Shown: piece by piece, positions 1 to 14,192 of the stretch
How the letters are laid out: the number at the start of each line of letters is the position of its first letter
Position numbering within the stretch: the first letter of the stretch is position 1
Origin: Antedon mediterranea
Lineage: Eukaryota; Animalia; Echinodermata
Length of the DNA stretch: 64,000 nucleotides
NCBI RefSeq assembly: GCF_964355755.1
Contig: NC_092670.1
Span: 5,694,201-5,758,200, forward strand
Reading direction: 5' to 3'
The notes under the pieces: generated by a model
Told to the model about the DNA's origin: nothing
Databases searched by the model: none
Seen by the model: only the letters and a program-made list of their open reading frames with translations
Made by a program: the position numbers and the translations under genes

Positions 1-3000
1 ATGAATTTCAATGATTGATCATAGATTAAAAACCAAGCATAATTTTTTTTTTACACTTTGTGAAAATTTAAGTTTTTTTTGTGGATTAAAAATGGCATGT
101 TTTACAAGAAGTTACGCGCGCACGCGAATTTAAGATTTCAAAATGCGCAAAATTTATTTCTAATCAACTTTCTACGCGTTTCATGTCATTTTAAGCATGT
201 CAACAATTCCCAGGGATGCGCAAATTTTTGCGCGCGCGGTGTACACAAAGCGTGAAATACGTCAATGTTTTACGTAAATCATATTTTTCCAGCCTTTCAT
301 AGTAATTTTACCAAATATGGAACCATTTCGACTTAAAATTACGTCAATACGAGCACGTCGAATTTGACAATTTGCGCATGTTTTTGATGAAAAAGTTCAA
401 AAATTCGTCAAAATCATGCCCTTTTTTAAACAGTCGTAGTTTCTAAACTAAACGGTGAAAGTTATTTTTATTACATATTCTGGAAGTTGATGAGTTGTAG
501 ATATCGGTTCATGCTTTAATATGGCTAACCGGACATTGTGACGTCATCATATGGCCACGCGAATATAAAATATAGGATTTGTGTATCTTTCATCATAGCT
601 CATCACATTTAATAGAGCGCATCTCCACTTATCTGTTTTTCATTTTCATCCCGATTTTTATATTTTCTAGGTCAATCAACTATCTTTCGCATGAGTTAAA
701 AATATTTTAATTTTTATGACGTCATGATGTCTAAAAATGTAAATAACCTGGGTCACTTATTTTCATCTTTACAGTAAATTTCAATCTGTTATAGCTCGTC
801 AGAATAAAACGTGATAATCATGATTAAAACATTTTCAGGAAGCTAATGGATTTTAGATACGAATTCATGTAAACATTTTGCCAATTAGATGTTGTGACGT
901 CATCATATGGCCAGTTAAATAAAAAAAGTCGTATTTTCATCTTTTGCATCATAGTTCATTACATTTAAAAGAGCGCGCATCAATATTTCACATATTCAAA
1001 TTTCTTAAACACGTTAATATGTTGTTGCTGAGATAATTTCCTTCCGAAATTGCTACCTTAGTTTTTCATTTTGAAACCGTCAACATTAAAAATTGGAATA
1101 AATAGCGGGTCCCGTAATTTCACCTATTCTACACTGTATGTGATATGTATACAGATTATACTGTGTATGACACAAAATAACAGAATTCAGCAATAACAAC
1201 ATATCATATTCTTCAGTTCAGGTCATAATGCCATAATCTTTTTCTGTGTGCAATATTCCAACGTATGACGTGCACGTGGCGTTTGATGTGCGGATAACTA
1301 ACTCGTCAAAGTGACGAGTTTCATGTCTAGTTCTTCTTCTTTCTTTCTGTATGATTTTTGTGTAACGCTTTTCTCTAAAACTCGCAAACATAACATTTCG
1401 GTAACTATGTTAACATTTTGACATTTATGTAACGTCGTCAAGCGAAGCTTTTCATGATGTTTACAATTGCGCAACGTGACGTATGCGCGATTTAACGATT
1501 TTCTCGTATCTAACATATGTCGAAAACCAAATAACATTTTAAAGTGAAACTTTGCAAAAGTTTAATTTATATCATGCGCTAACTTTCTGTTTAAAAAAAA
1601 TTGCGTGTTTTACACAAAGTTACGCGCGCACGCGTATTTAAAATTTCAAAATGCGCAAAATTAATTTATAATCAACTTTCTACGCGTTTTATGTCGTTTT
1701 AAGCATGTCAAAAATTCCCACGCGTGCGCACATTTTTACGTGTGCGGTGCGCACGTAGCATTGAAAACGTATTTTTTTCGCGTGATTTATGTTTTTCCAG
1801 CCTTTTCTAGCAATTTTACCAAATTTTAAACAATTTCGACTTAAAGATACGTCATACGAGCACATCGAATTGGACAATTTGCGCGCGTTTTTTATGAAAA
1901 GGTTAAAAAATTCGTTTAAAATAAGCCTTTTTTTAAACAGTCGTAATTTCTAAACTAGACGGTCAACTTTTTGTGGATGACATATTCTGGAAGTAGATGA
2001 GTTGTAGATATCGGATCAGGTATTAATATGGCTAACCGGACATTGTGACGTCATCGTATGGCCACGCGAATATAAAATTTAGGATTTTTGTATCTTTCGT
2101 CATAACTCATCACATTGAATAGAGCGCATCTCCACCTATTCGTTTTCCATTTTCACCCTGATTTTGATATTGTCTAGGTCAATCAACTATCTTTCGCATG
2201 AGTTAAAAATATTTTAATTTTTTTGACGTCATCATGCCTAAAAATTTAAATCACGTGTGGCATCAATTTCATCTTTACAGTAAATTTTAATCTGTTATAG
2301 CTCATAAGAATAAAATGTGATAATCACAATTAAAACTTTTTCTGGAAGCTATTGGATTGTAGATACGAAATTATGTAAAAGTGTTGCCAATCGGATGTTG
2401 TGACGTCATCATATGGCCAGTTAAATAAAAAAGGTCGTATTTTCATCTTTTGCGTCATAATTCATTACATTTAAAAGAGCGCGCATCAATATTTCACGTA
2501 TTCAAATTTCTTCTACACGCTAATACGTTGTTGCTGAGATAATTTTCTTTCGGAATTGCTAACTTCGCGTTTCATTTTAAAACCGTCAACATGTTAAAAA
2601 TTGCAATAAATAGCGGGTCCCGTAATTTCACCTATTCTACACTGTATGTGATATGGATACAGATTATACTGTGTATACTATATATGAATTTAAATAATAA
2701 AATTCAGCAATAACAACATATCATATTCTTCAGTTCAGGTCATAATGCCAACGTGAACACTTCCTTTTGTCCTCAACCTATCCCTTTAATGTTAATGTTG
2801 CACCACTTGCGCGGCGGATAACCAAACTCGTCAAAGTGACGAGTTACATGTCTAGTCTGTATTATTCTTTCTTTCTGTCATTTTTGTGCAGAGCATATCT
2901 CAAAAACGTGTAAAGTTAACATTTCATAACTTTGTCAACATATGGGTATTCACCTGAAGTTGTGCTTTTCTATTTTTGAATGACGTCAGAATTGCACAAC

Positions 3001-4512
3001 ATGACTTACGCGCGTTTTAACGAATTTCGCGTATTTAACATACATCGAAAACCATATAACAATTTAAATTGAAACTTAACAAAAGTTTTAGTTATATCTT
3101 GCGCTAACTGACTTTGTAAAAAAAATGGCATGTTTTACACGAAGTTACGCGCGCACGCGCGTTTAAAATTTCAAAATGCGAAAAATCAATTTCTAATCCA
3201 CTTTCTACGCGTTTCATGTCATTTTGAGCAGGTAAAAAATTCCCACGCGTGCGCATTTCTTTACGCGCGCCGTGCGCACGTAGCGTTGAAAACAATTTTT
3301 TTCACGTGATTTATGTTTTTCCAGCCTTTTGTAGTAATTTTACCAACTTTTAAACGATTTAGACTTAAAATTACGTCATACGGGCACGTCGAATTGGATA
3401 ATTTACGTGGGTTTTTGATGAAAAAGGTAAAAAATTCGTTAAAATTTGTCAAAATTATGCCTTTTTTTAAACAGTCGTAATTTCTAAACTGGACGGTCAA
3501 CTTTTTGTGGATGACATATTCTTGAAGTTGATGAGGTGTAGATATCGGATCATGTAATAATATGGCTAACCGGACATTGTGACGTCATCGTATGGCCACG
3601 CGAATATAAAATATAGGATTTTTGTATCTTTCATCATAGCGCATGACATTTAATAGAGCGCATCTCCAATTATCTGTTTTCCATTTTTACCCCGATTTTT
3701 ATATTATCTAGGTCAATCAACTATCTTTCATATGAGTTAAAAATATTTTAATTTTTATGACGTCATCATGTCTAAAAATGTAAATAACGTGGGTCACTTA
3801 TTTTCGTCTTTACAGTAAATTTCAATCTGTTATAGCTCGTCAGAATAAAACGTGATAATCATGATTAAAACGTTTTCTGGAAGCTATTGGATTGTAGATA
3901 CGAATTTATGTAAACATTTTGCCAATCGGATGTTGTGACGTCATCATATGACCAGTTAAATAAAAAAAGTCGTATTTTCATCTTTTGCGTCATAATTCAT
4001 CACATTTAAAAGAGCGCGCATCAATATTTTACGTATTTAAATTTCTTCTACACATTAATATGTTGTTGCCGAGATAATTTCCTTCCGAAATTGCTATCTT
4101 AGTGTTTCATTTTGATACCGTCGCTATGTTAAAAATTGGAATAAATGACGGGTCCAGTCATTTCACCTATTCTACACTGTATGTAATAATGTATACAGAT
4201 TATATTGTATATATAATATGACACAAAATAACAGAATTCAGCAATAACAACATATCATATTCTTCAGTTCAGGTCATATTGCCATAATCTTTTTCTGTGT
4301 GCAATATTCTAACGTATGACGTCTACGTGGCCTTTGTCGTGCGGATAACTAACTCGTCAAAGTGACGAGTTACATGTCTAGTTAGTTATCCGCACTTGGC
4401 GGATAACTCCTTGTTATTGTATGGGATCTTTTTCCTTTTTGGTTATCCGCAACGAAGTTGCAGGATAACCTCTTGTGATTGTACGAAATCATCATCAACA
4501 TCAACTTTTTAT

Positions 4513-6106
4513 TGGTTATCCGCAACGAAGTTGCAGGATAACCTCTTGTGATTGTACGAAATCATCATCAACATCAACTTTTTATTTCTCTTCTTTCTTT
4601 CTGTATGATTTTTGTGGAACGCTTTTCTCGAAAACTTGCAAACATAACATTTTGTAACTTTCTCAACATATCGTCATGCACATGAAGATGTGCAGCGAAG
4701 CTTTTCATGATATTTACAATTGCGCAACGTGACCTACGCGCGATTTAATGATTTTGTCGTATTTAACATAGCTCGACAACCAAATAACATTTCAACTTGA
4801 AACTTTGCAAAAGTTTAATTTATATCATGCGCTAACTTTCTGTTGAAAAAAAATTGCGTGTTTTACACAAAGTTACGCGCGCACGCGCATATAAAATTTC
4901 AAAATGCGCAAAATTAATTTATAATCAACTTTCTACGCGTTTCATGTCGTTTTAAGCATGTCAAAAATTCCCACGCGTGCGCACATTTTTACGTGTGCGG
5001 TGCGCACGTAGCATTGAAAACGTATTTTTTTCGCGTGATTTATGTTGTTCCAGCTTTTTCAAGTAATTTTACCAAATTTTAAACAATTTCGACTTAAAGA
5101 TACGTCATACGAGCACGTCGAATTGGACAATTGGCGCGCGTTTTTTATGAAAAGGTTAAAAAATTCGTTTAAAATATGCCTTTTTTAAAACAGTCGTAAT
5201 TTCTAAACTAGACGGTCAACTTTTTGTGGATGGCATATTCTGGAAGTAGATGAGTTGTAGATATCGAATCAGGTAGTAATATGGCTAACTGGACATTGTG
5301 ACGTCATCGTATGGCCACACGAATATAAAATTTAGGATTTTTGTATCTTTCGTCATAGCTCATCACATTGAATAGAGCGCATCTCCACTTATCCGTTTTC
5401 CATTTTCACCCCGATTTTGATATTGTCTAGGTCAATCAAGTATCTTTCGCATGAGTTAAAAATATTTTAATTTTTTTGACGTCATCATGCCTAAAAATTT
5501 AAATCACGTGTGGCATTAATTTCATCTTTACAGTAAATTTTAATCTGTTATAGCTCGTAAGAATAACATGTGATAATCACGATTAAAACTTTTTCTGGAA
5601 GCTATTGGATTGTAGATACGAAATTATGTAAAAATGTTGCCAATCGGATGTTGTGACGTCATCATATGGCTAGTTAAACAAAAAAGGTCGTATTTTCATC
5701 TTTTGCGTCATAATTCATTACATTTAAAAGAGTGCGCATCAATATTTCACGTATTCAAATTTCTTCTACACGCTAATACGTTGTTGCTGAGATAATTTCC
5801 TTTCGGAATTTCTACCTTCGCGTTTCATTTTAAAACCGTCAACATGTTAAAAATTGCAATAAATAGCGGGTCCCGTAATTTCACCTATTCTACACTGTAT
5901 GTGATATGGATACAGATACTGTGTATACTATATATGAATTTAAATAATAAAATTCAGCAATAACAACATATCATATTCTTCAGTTCAGGTCATAATGCCA
6001 ACGTGAACACTTCCTTTTGTCCTCAACCTATCCTCTTAATGTTTATGTTGCACCACTTGCGCGGCGGATAACCAAACTCGTCAAAGTGACGAGTTACATG
6101 TCTAGT
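4513..6106 (+). mobile_element. Complete, uninterrupted HINE copy, subfamily A
   Basis: Head TGGTTATCCGCAACGAAGTTGCAGGATAACC, then body, then tail GCGGATAACCAA-ACTCGTCAAAGTGACGAGT-TACATGTCTAGT; head and tail subTIRs are reverse complements. Similar complete copies at 6242-7831 and 34734-36337. Confidence 0.85.
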
Positions 6107-9100
6107 TGGTTATCCGCAACGAAGTTGCAGGATAACCTCTTGTGATTGTACGAAATCATCATCAACATCAACTTTTTATTGGTTATCCGCAACGAAGTTG
6201 CAGGATAACCTCTTGTGATTGTACGAAATCATCATCATCATTGGTTATCCGCAACGAAGTTGCAGGATAACCTCTTGTGATTGTACGAAATCATCATCTT
6301 TTTATTTTTCTTCTTTCTTTCTGTATGATTTTTGTGTAACGCTTTTCTCTAAAACTCGCAAACATAACATTTCGGTAACTATCTTAACATATTGACATTT
6401 ACGTAACGTCGTCAAGCGAAGCTTTTCATGATGTTTGCAATTGCGCAACGTGACGTACGCGCGATTTAACGATTTTCTCGTATTTAACATATGTTGAAAA
6501 TCAAATAACATTTCAACTTGAAACTTCGCAAAAGTTTAATTTATATCATGCGCTAACTTTATGTTGAAAAAAAATTGCGTGTTTTACACAAAGTTACGCG
6601 CGCACGCGCATTTAAAATTTCAAAATGCGCAAAATTAATTTATAATCAACTTTCTACGCGTTTCTGGTCGTTTTAAGCATGTCAAAAATTCCCACGCGTG
6701 CGCACATTTTTACGTGTGCGGTACGCACGTAGCATTGAAAACGTATTTTTTTCGCGTGATTTATGTTTTTCCAGCCTTTTCTAGTAATTTTACCAAATTT
6801 TAAACAATTTCGACTTAAAGATACGTCATACGAGTACGTCGAATTGGACAATTTGCGCGCGTTTTTTATGAAAAGGTTAAAAAATTCGTTTAAAATATGC
6901 CTTTTTTTAAACAGTCGTAATTTCTAAACTAGACGGTCAATTTTTTGTGGATGACATATTCTGGAAGTAGATGAGTGGTAGATATCGGATCAGGTATTGA
7001 TATGGCTAACCGGACATTGTGACGTCATCGTATGGCCACGCAAATATAAAATTTAGGATTTTTGTATCTTTCGTCATAGCTCATCACATTGAATAGAGCG
7101 CATCTCCACTTATTCGTTTTCCATTTTCACCCCGATTTTGATATTGTCTAGGTCAATCAACTATCTTTCGCATGAGTTAAAAATATTTTAATTTTTTTGA
7201 CGTCATCATGCCTAAAAATTTAAATCACGTGTGGCATTAATTTCATCTTTACAGTAAATTTTAATCTGTTATAGCTCGTAAGAATAAAATGTGATAATCA
7301 CGATTAAAACTTTTTCTGGAAGCTATTGAATTTTAGATACGAAATTATGTAAAAATGTTGCCAATCGGATGTTGTGACGTCATCATATGGTCAGTTATAT
7401 AAAAAAGGTCGTATTTTCATCTTTTGCGTCATAATTCATTACATTTAAACGAGCGCGCATCAATATTTCACGTATTCAAATTTCTTCTACACGCTAATAC
7501 GTTGTTGCTGAGATAATTTCCTTTCGGAATTGCTACCTTCGCGTTTCATTTTAAAACCGTCAACATGTTAAAAATTGCAATAAATAGCGGGTCCCGGAAT
7601 TTCACCTATTCTATGTATGTCACTGTATGTGATATGGATACAGATTATACTGTGTATACTATATATGAATTTAAATAATAAAATTCAGCAACATATCATA
7701 TTCTTCAGTTCAGGTCATAATGCCAACGTGAACACTTCCTTTTGTCCTCAACCTATCCCCTTAATGTTAATGTTGCACCACTTGCGCGGCGGATAACCAA
7801 ACTCGTCAAAGTGACGAGTTACATGTCTAGTCATCTTTTTATTCTTCTTCTTTCTTTCTGTATGATTTTTGTGTAACGCTTTTCTCCAAAACTCGCAAAC
7901 ATAACATTTCGGTAACTATGTTAACATTTTGACATTTATGTAACGTCGTCAGGCGAAGCTTTTCATGATGTTTACAATTGCGCAACGTGACGTACGCGCG
8001 ATTTAACGATTTTCTCGTATTTAACATATGTCTACAACCAAATAACATTTCAACTTGAAACTTTGCAAAAGTTTAATTTATATCATGCGCTAACTTTCTG
8101 TTGAAAAAAAATTGCGTGTTTTACATAAAGTTACGCGCGCACGCGCATTTAAAATTTCAAAATGCGCAAAATTAATTTATAATCAACTTTCTACGCGTTT
8201 CATGTCGTTTTAAGCATGTCAAAAATTCCCACGCTTGAGCACATTTTTACGTGTGCGGTGCGCACGTAGCATTGAAAACGTATTTTTTTCGCGTGATTTA
8301 TGTTTTTCCAGCCTTTTCTAGTAATTTTACCAAATTTTAAACAATTTCGACTTAAAGATACGTCATACGAGCACGTCCAATTGGACAATTTGCGCGCGTT
8401 TTTTATGAAAAGGTTAAAAAATTCGTTTAAAATATGTCTTTTTTTAAACAGTCGTAATTTCTAAACTAGACGGTCAAATTTTTGTGGATGACATATTCTG
8501 GAAGTAGATGAGTTGTAGATATCGGATCAGGTATTAATATGGCTAACCGGACATTGTGACGTCATCGTATGGCCACACGAACATAAAATTTAGGATTTTT
8601 GTATCTTTCGTCATAGCTCATCACATTGAATAGAGCGCATCTCGACTTATCCGTTTTCCATATTCCCCCCGATTTTGATAATGTCTAGGTCAATCAACTG
8701 TCTTTCGCATGAGTTAAAAATAATTTAATTTTTTTGACGTCATCATGCCTAAAAATTTAAATCACGTGTGGCATCAATTTCATCTTTACAGACAATTTTA
8801 ATCTGTTATAGCTCGTAAGAATAAAATGTGATAATCACGATTAAAACTTTTTCTGTAAGCTATTGGATTGTAGATACGAAATTATGTAAAAATGTTGCCA
8901 ATCGGATGTTGTGACGTCATCATATGGCCAGTTAAATAAAAAAGGTCGTATTTTCATCTTTTGCATCATAATTCATTACATTTAAAAGAGCGCGCATCAA
9001 TATTTCACGTATTCAAATTTCTTCTACACGCTAATACGTTGTTGCTGAGATAATTTCCTTTCGGAATTGCTACCTTCGCGTTTCATTTTAAAACCGTCAA

Positions 9101-11544
9101 CATGTTAAAAATTGCAATAAATAGCGGGTCCCGTAATTTCACCTATTCTACACTGTATGTGATATGGATACAGATTATACTGTGTATACTACATATGAAT
9201 TTAAATAATAACATTCAGCAATAACAACATATCATATTCTTCAGTTCAGGTCATAATGCCATAGTGAACACTTCCTTTTGTCCTCAACCTATCCCCTTAA
9301 TGTTAATGTTGCACCACTTGCGCGGCGGATAACCAAACTCGTCAAAGTGACGAGTTACATGTCTAGTTTCTCTTCTTTCTTTCTGTATGATTTTTGTGGA
9401 ACGCTTTTCTCGAAAACTTGCAAACATAACATTTTGTAACTTTCTCAACATATCGTCGTGCACATGAAGATGTGCAGCGAAGCTTTTCATGATGTTTAAA
9501 ATTGCGCAACGTGACTTACGCGTGATTTAACGATTTTGTCGTATTTAACATAGCTCGACAACCAAATAACATTTCAACTTGAAACTTTGCAAAAGTTTAA
9601 TTTATATCATGCGCTAACTTTCTGTTGAGAAAAAATTGCGTGTTTTACACAAAGTTACGCGCGCACGCGCATATAAAATTTCAAAATGCGCAAAATTAAT
9701 TTATAATCAACTTTCTACGCGTTTCATGTCGTTTTAAGCATGTCAAAAATTCCCACGCGTGCGCACATTTTTACGTGTGCGGTGCGCACGTAGCATTGAA
9801 AACGTATTTTTTTCGCGTAATTTATGTTTTTCCAGCCTTTTCTAGTAATTTTACCAAATTTTAAACAATTTCGACTTAAAGATACGTCATACGAGCACGT
9901 CGAATTGGACAATTTGCGCGCGTTTTTTATGAAAAGGTTAAAAAATTCGTTTAAAATATGCCTTTTTTTAAACAGTCGTAATTTCTAAACTAGACGGTCA
10001 ACTTTTTATGGATGGCATATTCTGGAAATAGATGAGTTGTAGATATTGGATCAGGTATTAATATGGCTAACCGGACATTGTGACGTCATCGTATGGCCAC
10101 GCGAATATAAAATTTAGGATTTTTGTATCTTTTGTCATAGCTCATCACATTGAATAGAGCGCATCTCCACTTATCCGTTTTCCATTTTCACCCCGATTTT
10201 GATATTGTCTAGGTCAATCAACTATCTTTCGCATGAGTTAAAAATATTTTAATTTTTTTAACGTCATCGTGCCTAAAAATTTAAATCACGTGTGGCATTA
10301 ATTTCATCTTTACAGTAAATTTTAATCTGTTATAGCTCGTAAGAATAAAATGTGAAAATCACGATTAAAACTTTTTCTGGAAGCTATTGGATTGTAGATA
10401 CGAAATTATGTAAAAATGTTGCCAATCGGATGTTGTGACGTCATCATATGGCCAGTTAAATAAAAAAGGTCGTATTTTCATCTTTTGCGTCATAATTCAT
10501 TACATTTAAAAGAGCGCGCATCAATATTTCACGTATTCAAATTTCTTCTACACGCTAATACGTTGTTGCTGAGATAATTTCCTTTCGGAATTGCTACCTT
10601 CGCGTTTCATTTTAAAACCGTCAACATGTTAAAAATTGCAATAAATAGCGGGTCCCGTAATTTCACCTATTCTTCACTGTATGTGATATGGATACAGATT
10701 ATACTGTGTATACTATATATGAATTTAAATAATAAAATTCAGCAATAACAACATATCATATTCTTCAGTTCAGGTCATAATGCCAACGTGAACACTTCCT
10801 TTTGTCCTCAACCTATTAGACAGGTTCCATTTCTCAAAAAACGGCCTAGAAAACGAATCAAGAAGCATTTTTGGGTAGAAGCTGGGATCCACTTGATTTA
10901 GTATATTTCGACCTCGCTGATTACGAATATGGCGGATCCCAAGCGAAATTCGGCCATCTAAGCCCTTAATTTCCATAATTAAAAATGGCGGCCATTTTTT
11001 ATAATTACCCTATATCTCGAGAACCACTAGTCACAGATAATTAATTTTGGTGTCAAAATGTTTTAAATATATGTTTTTATATTCACTTTAATGACACATT
11101 TTCTCAAAAAATGGATGCAAGTCGTATTTCTGACATTTTGACCTTTGACCTTGATTTATTGTATCTCAGTAACCAATAATCGGAGAGACACAAAATAGGG
11201 CTCAAATTGTTCAGAAACTATACATTCATATTTATTATAATGAAATGTTTTTAAAAAAAATGGCCGATTCTACAACTATTGACCTTTGAACTATTAGTCA
11301 AATATAATAATATAATAATAATATAACTTTGAAAATTGTGGTCTTATGAATTTTTTTTTCTTTTTAAATTGTTTAAAAAATGTGTGTTTCTATCCAGTCT
11401 AATGGAATATTTTGTACAAGAATGGCCGATAGTATGGTTATTGACCTTTTAACTACAGCATAGGCCTACTGTATACTAAATATAATATACAGTAATTGCA
11501 TAACTATGAAATTATTTATACACAATAATAATTAGTAAAATTAT

Positions 11545-12350
11545 AAAATTCACTGCCATCAAATATGATGTGTTATGATTTATATAGATTTAAAAAGGAA
11601 TTTGAATACGCAAGTTACATTTTTTGAAATTTGAAATTTGAAATTACCTGCCATCAATATGATGGATTATGATTGTATAGTACCTGCCATCAATATGATG
11701 GATTATGATTATAGATTTAAAAAAGAATTTGAACACGTCAGCTACATTTGGAAATTTGGAAATTACCTGCCATCAATATGATGGATTATGATTATAGATT
11801 TAAAAAAGAATTTGAAGACGTAAGCTACATTTGGAAATTGGGAAATTACCTGCCATCAATATGATGGATTATGATTGTATAGTACCTGCCATCAATATGA
11901 TGGATTATGATTATAGATTTTAAAAAGAATTTGAACACGTAAGCTACATTTGAAAATTACCTGCCATCAATATGATGGATTATGATTATAGATTTTAAAA
12001 AGAATTTGAACACGTCAGTTACATTTGGAAATTAGGAAATTACCTGCCATCAATATGATGGATTATGATTGTATAGTACCTGCCATCAATATGATGGATT
12101 ATGATTATAGATTTTAAAAAGAATTTGAACACGTCAGCTACATTTGGAAATTAGGAAATTACCTGCCATCAATATGATGGATTATGATTGTATAGTACCT
12201 GCCATCAATATGATGGATTATGATTATAGATTTAAAAAAGAATTTGAACACGTAAGCTACATTTGAAAATTACTTGCCATCAATATGATGGATTATGATT
12301 GTATAGATTTAAAAGAAAATGTGAACACGTACGTAAGCTACATTTGGAAT
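11545..12350. repeat. Minisatellite (~80-bp and ~36-bp units) in the Academ left arm
   Basis: Repeated core ACCTGCCATCAATATGATGGATTATGATT; a shorter inverted counterpart lies at ~19345-19665. Confidence 0.9.
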
Positions 12351-12366
12351 GAACATGTTAAGGGCA

Positions 12367-13460
12367 TCAGTTAAGATCATTCATGCAAAGGTTTCCGTCA
12401 TCTTTAGCGTTGTTACAGCGGCATAAAGCTGTACATGGTAGTTTTGACTTCTTGCACCTACATCTATTGGTTATGCATCGTGTCTTGCATCCACAATAAA
12501 TCATCTCTAACGAAGCAGTAGGAATAGCTTCATTTTTCAGAAGCACTGGTTGAAGTTTACCATTAGATAGCTCCCAACCAAAATATGTTGGTGATGGCAA
12601 ATGCTGGATTGGCGATACAGCTTTTTTCCATACGAGTGCTTGGAAGTGTGCTCTTTTTATATGTTGGTGCACTGCATCGCTTGTTGGAAGTAATGCCCTT
12701 TTTTTTAAAGCCTAACTTTATTGGTACTTTTAACTTGACCAACACCGTAAACGTAGAAAATGAATCTTTCCGATTTCATAATAACTTGGTCACTGATAGG
12801 TTTTCTCCCAGGTCTTTAATTAGTTCATACCTTTTTTTAATACTTCCCATGCCGATGCATTTGAGTGACCACTTAGATATGAGCAGTGAAGAGTTAAATT
12901 ACTGTATGTATGTATTAATGTAATTTAACTCTTCCCTGGATATGAGGTAGTATCGCATCCACTAATAGTGTGGAATGGAATCAGTGCTTTTGCAGAACCC
13001 TCGGGCAAGGCTTGAAAAATGTCTTTTATAGATAATTTCTTTTTTTGGATGTCCCTGTCATCATCCATGTGGATACCATGCTTTGGTAGTGAGACACTAG
13101 AATCACTAGTATGTCTGTATCAAGCAACTACAACTGTGTCGTATCGGACATTGGCAGCATGACAAGTCTCGTGTCCGATTCTTCATGGTCTGACCAGAGA
13201 CAACGTATTCGTGTACAATTTTGATGATTTAACAACTGATTCTTTCATAAATCCACCAGCTGTGACAATTTCTTTGTCTATAAGAGCTTGACGAATCAAC
13301 TCCTCTGATAGAAATCGTGTCAGATCTGCATCTTGTAATGCCAACAAATTTGACCAGCAATTTGGCAGCGGTATTTCACCACTTTCTATAATTCGACGAA
13401 TTGGTCTCTGTGTTTTGGTTCATCTTTGTCTGGTGGTGTCCTTTATCGACAGTTTTAAGT
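12367..13460 (-). pseudogene. Degraded C-terminal half of an Academ transposase (XPG/PIN-like nuclease region plus Cys8/CXC finger)
   Basis: Minus-strand motifs SIKDTTRQR*, SDHEESDTRL, DTDIL, PFHTISGCDTTS, HIKRAHFQALVW..PSP..FGW and CGCKTRCITNRCRCKKSKLPCTALCRC; disrupted by stops and frameshifts. Confidence 0.8.
12884..12938. mobile_element. 55-bp hAT-like miniature element
   Basis: 19-bp TIRs CAG(T/G)GAAGAGTTAAATTAC with one mismatch. 8-bp TSD GATATGAG (12876-12883 and 12939-12946). Removing it restores the reading GCDTTSYLSGH. Confidence 0.75.
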
Positions 13461-13489
13461 TAGGCATGCCATGTTAAAAAAAAAAAAAA

Positions 13490-13813
13490 CCAGAGGCATT
13501 ACCTCCAACAAGCGATGCAGTGCACCAGCATATACAAAGAGCACACTTCCAAGCACTCGTATTGAAAAAAGCTGTATCGCCAATGCAGCATTTGCCATCA
13601 CCAACATATTTTGGTTGGGAGCTATCTAATGGTAAACTTCAACCAGTGCTTCTGAAAAATGAAGCTATTCCTACTGCTTCGTTAGAGATGATTTATTGTG
13701 GATGCAAGACACGATGCATAACCATATAGATGTAGGTGCAAAAAGTCAAAACTACCATGTACAGCTTTAATATGCTACTGTAACAACGCTAAAGATGACG
13801 GAAACCTTTGCAT
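13490..13813 (+). pseudogene. Inverted duplicate of the Academ transposase C-terminus (frameshifted, cut by the LINE)
   Basis: ORF 13520-13729 is nearly identical to the minus-strand ORF 12367-12672; the sequence resumes at 19310 after the LINE. Confidence 0.85.
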
Positions 13814-14013
13814 TCGTTCGTTCGTTTTTATTTCACAATGCATCAAACTTAATATTTTTACATAATAAGTATTAAATAAAAAAATGCAAAGCCTGGAAAA
13901 GACCAAATAAGCTCAATATAGAGCTTTAAGCCTGGTTTCACCAGTACAAAATACACTAATAATTGTATTAATTACAATAGACAATAATTAAATATTAATT
14001 AAAGTAGTAGAAA

Positions 14014-14044
<31 letters not shown>

Positions 14045-14192
14045 TTTTTTTATATTTTTTTTTATACACAATTACGCTACAGGACAATACAAACACAACA
14101 AGAGGACAAACGTAAAGGGTATAGTATATGTACTATCATATATACTTGCAGGAGGTGAGACAAAAAAAAAAAAGTTTGATGAAAAAGTTTTA

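Noticed and set aside
2813-2826. Similarity of GCGGATAAC to the lac operator half-site
   Set aside because: A short chance match; it is the element's subTIR and there is no vector sequence.
4383-4590. CRISPR-like short palindromic repeats (also 6107-6300, 28068-28250, 31314-31560, 34612-34800)
   Set aside because: No unique spacers and no cas genes, in a eukaryotic context; these are stacked HINE heads.
1298-10000. Recurrent 60-80 aa ORFs in the array (MLFGFRH.., MSNSTCSY.., MKSFAAH..)
   Set aside because: They recur only because the DNA repeats, are broken in sister units, often use non-ATG starts and show no recognisable domain.
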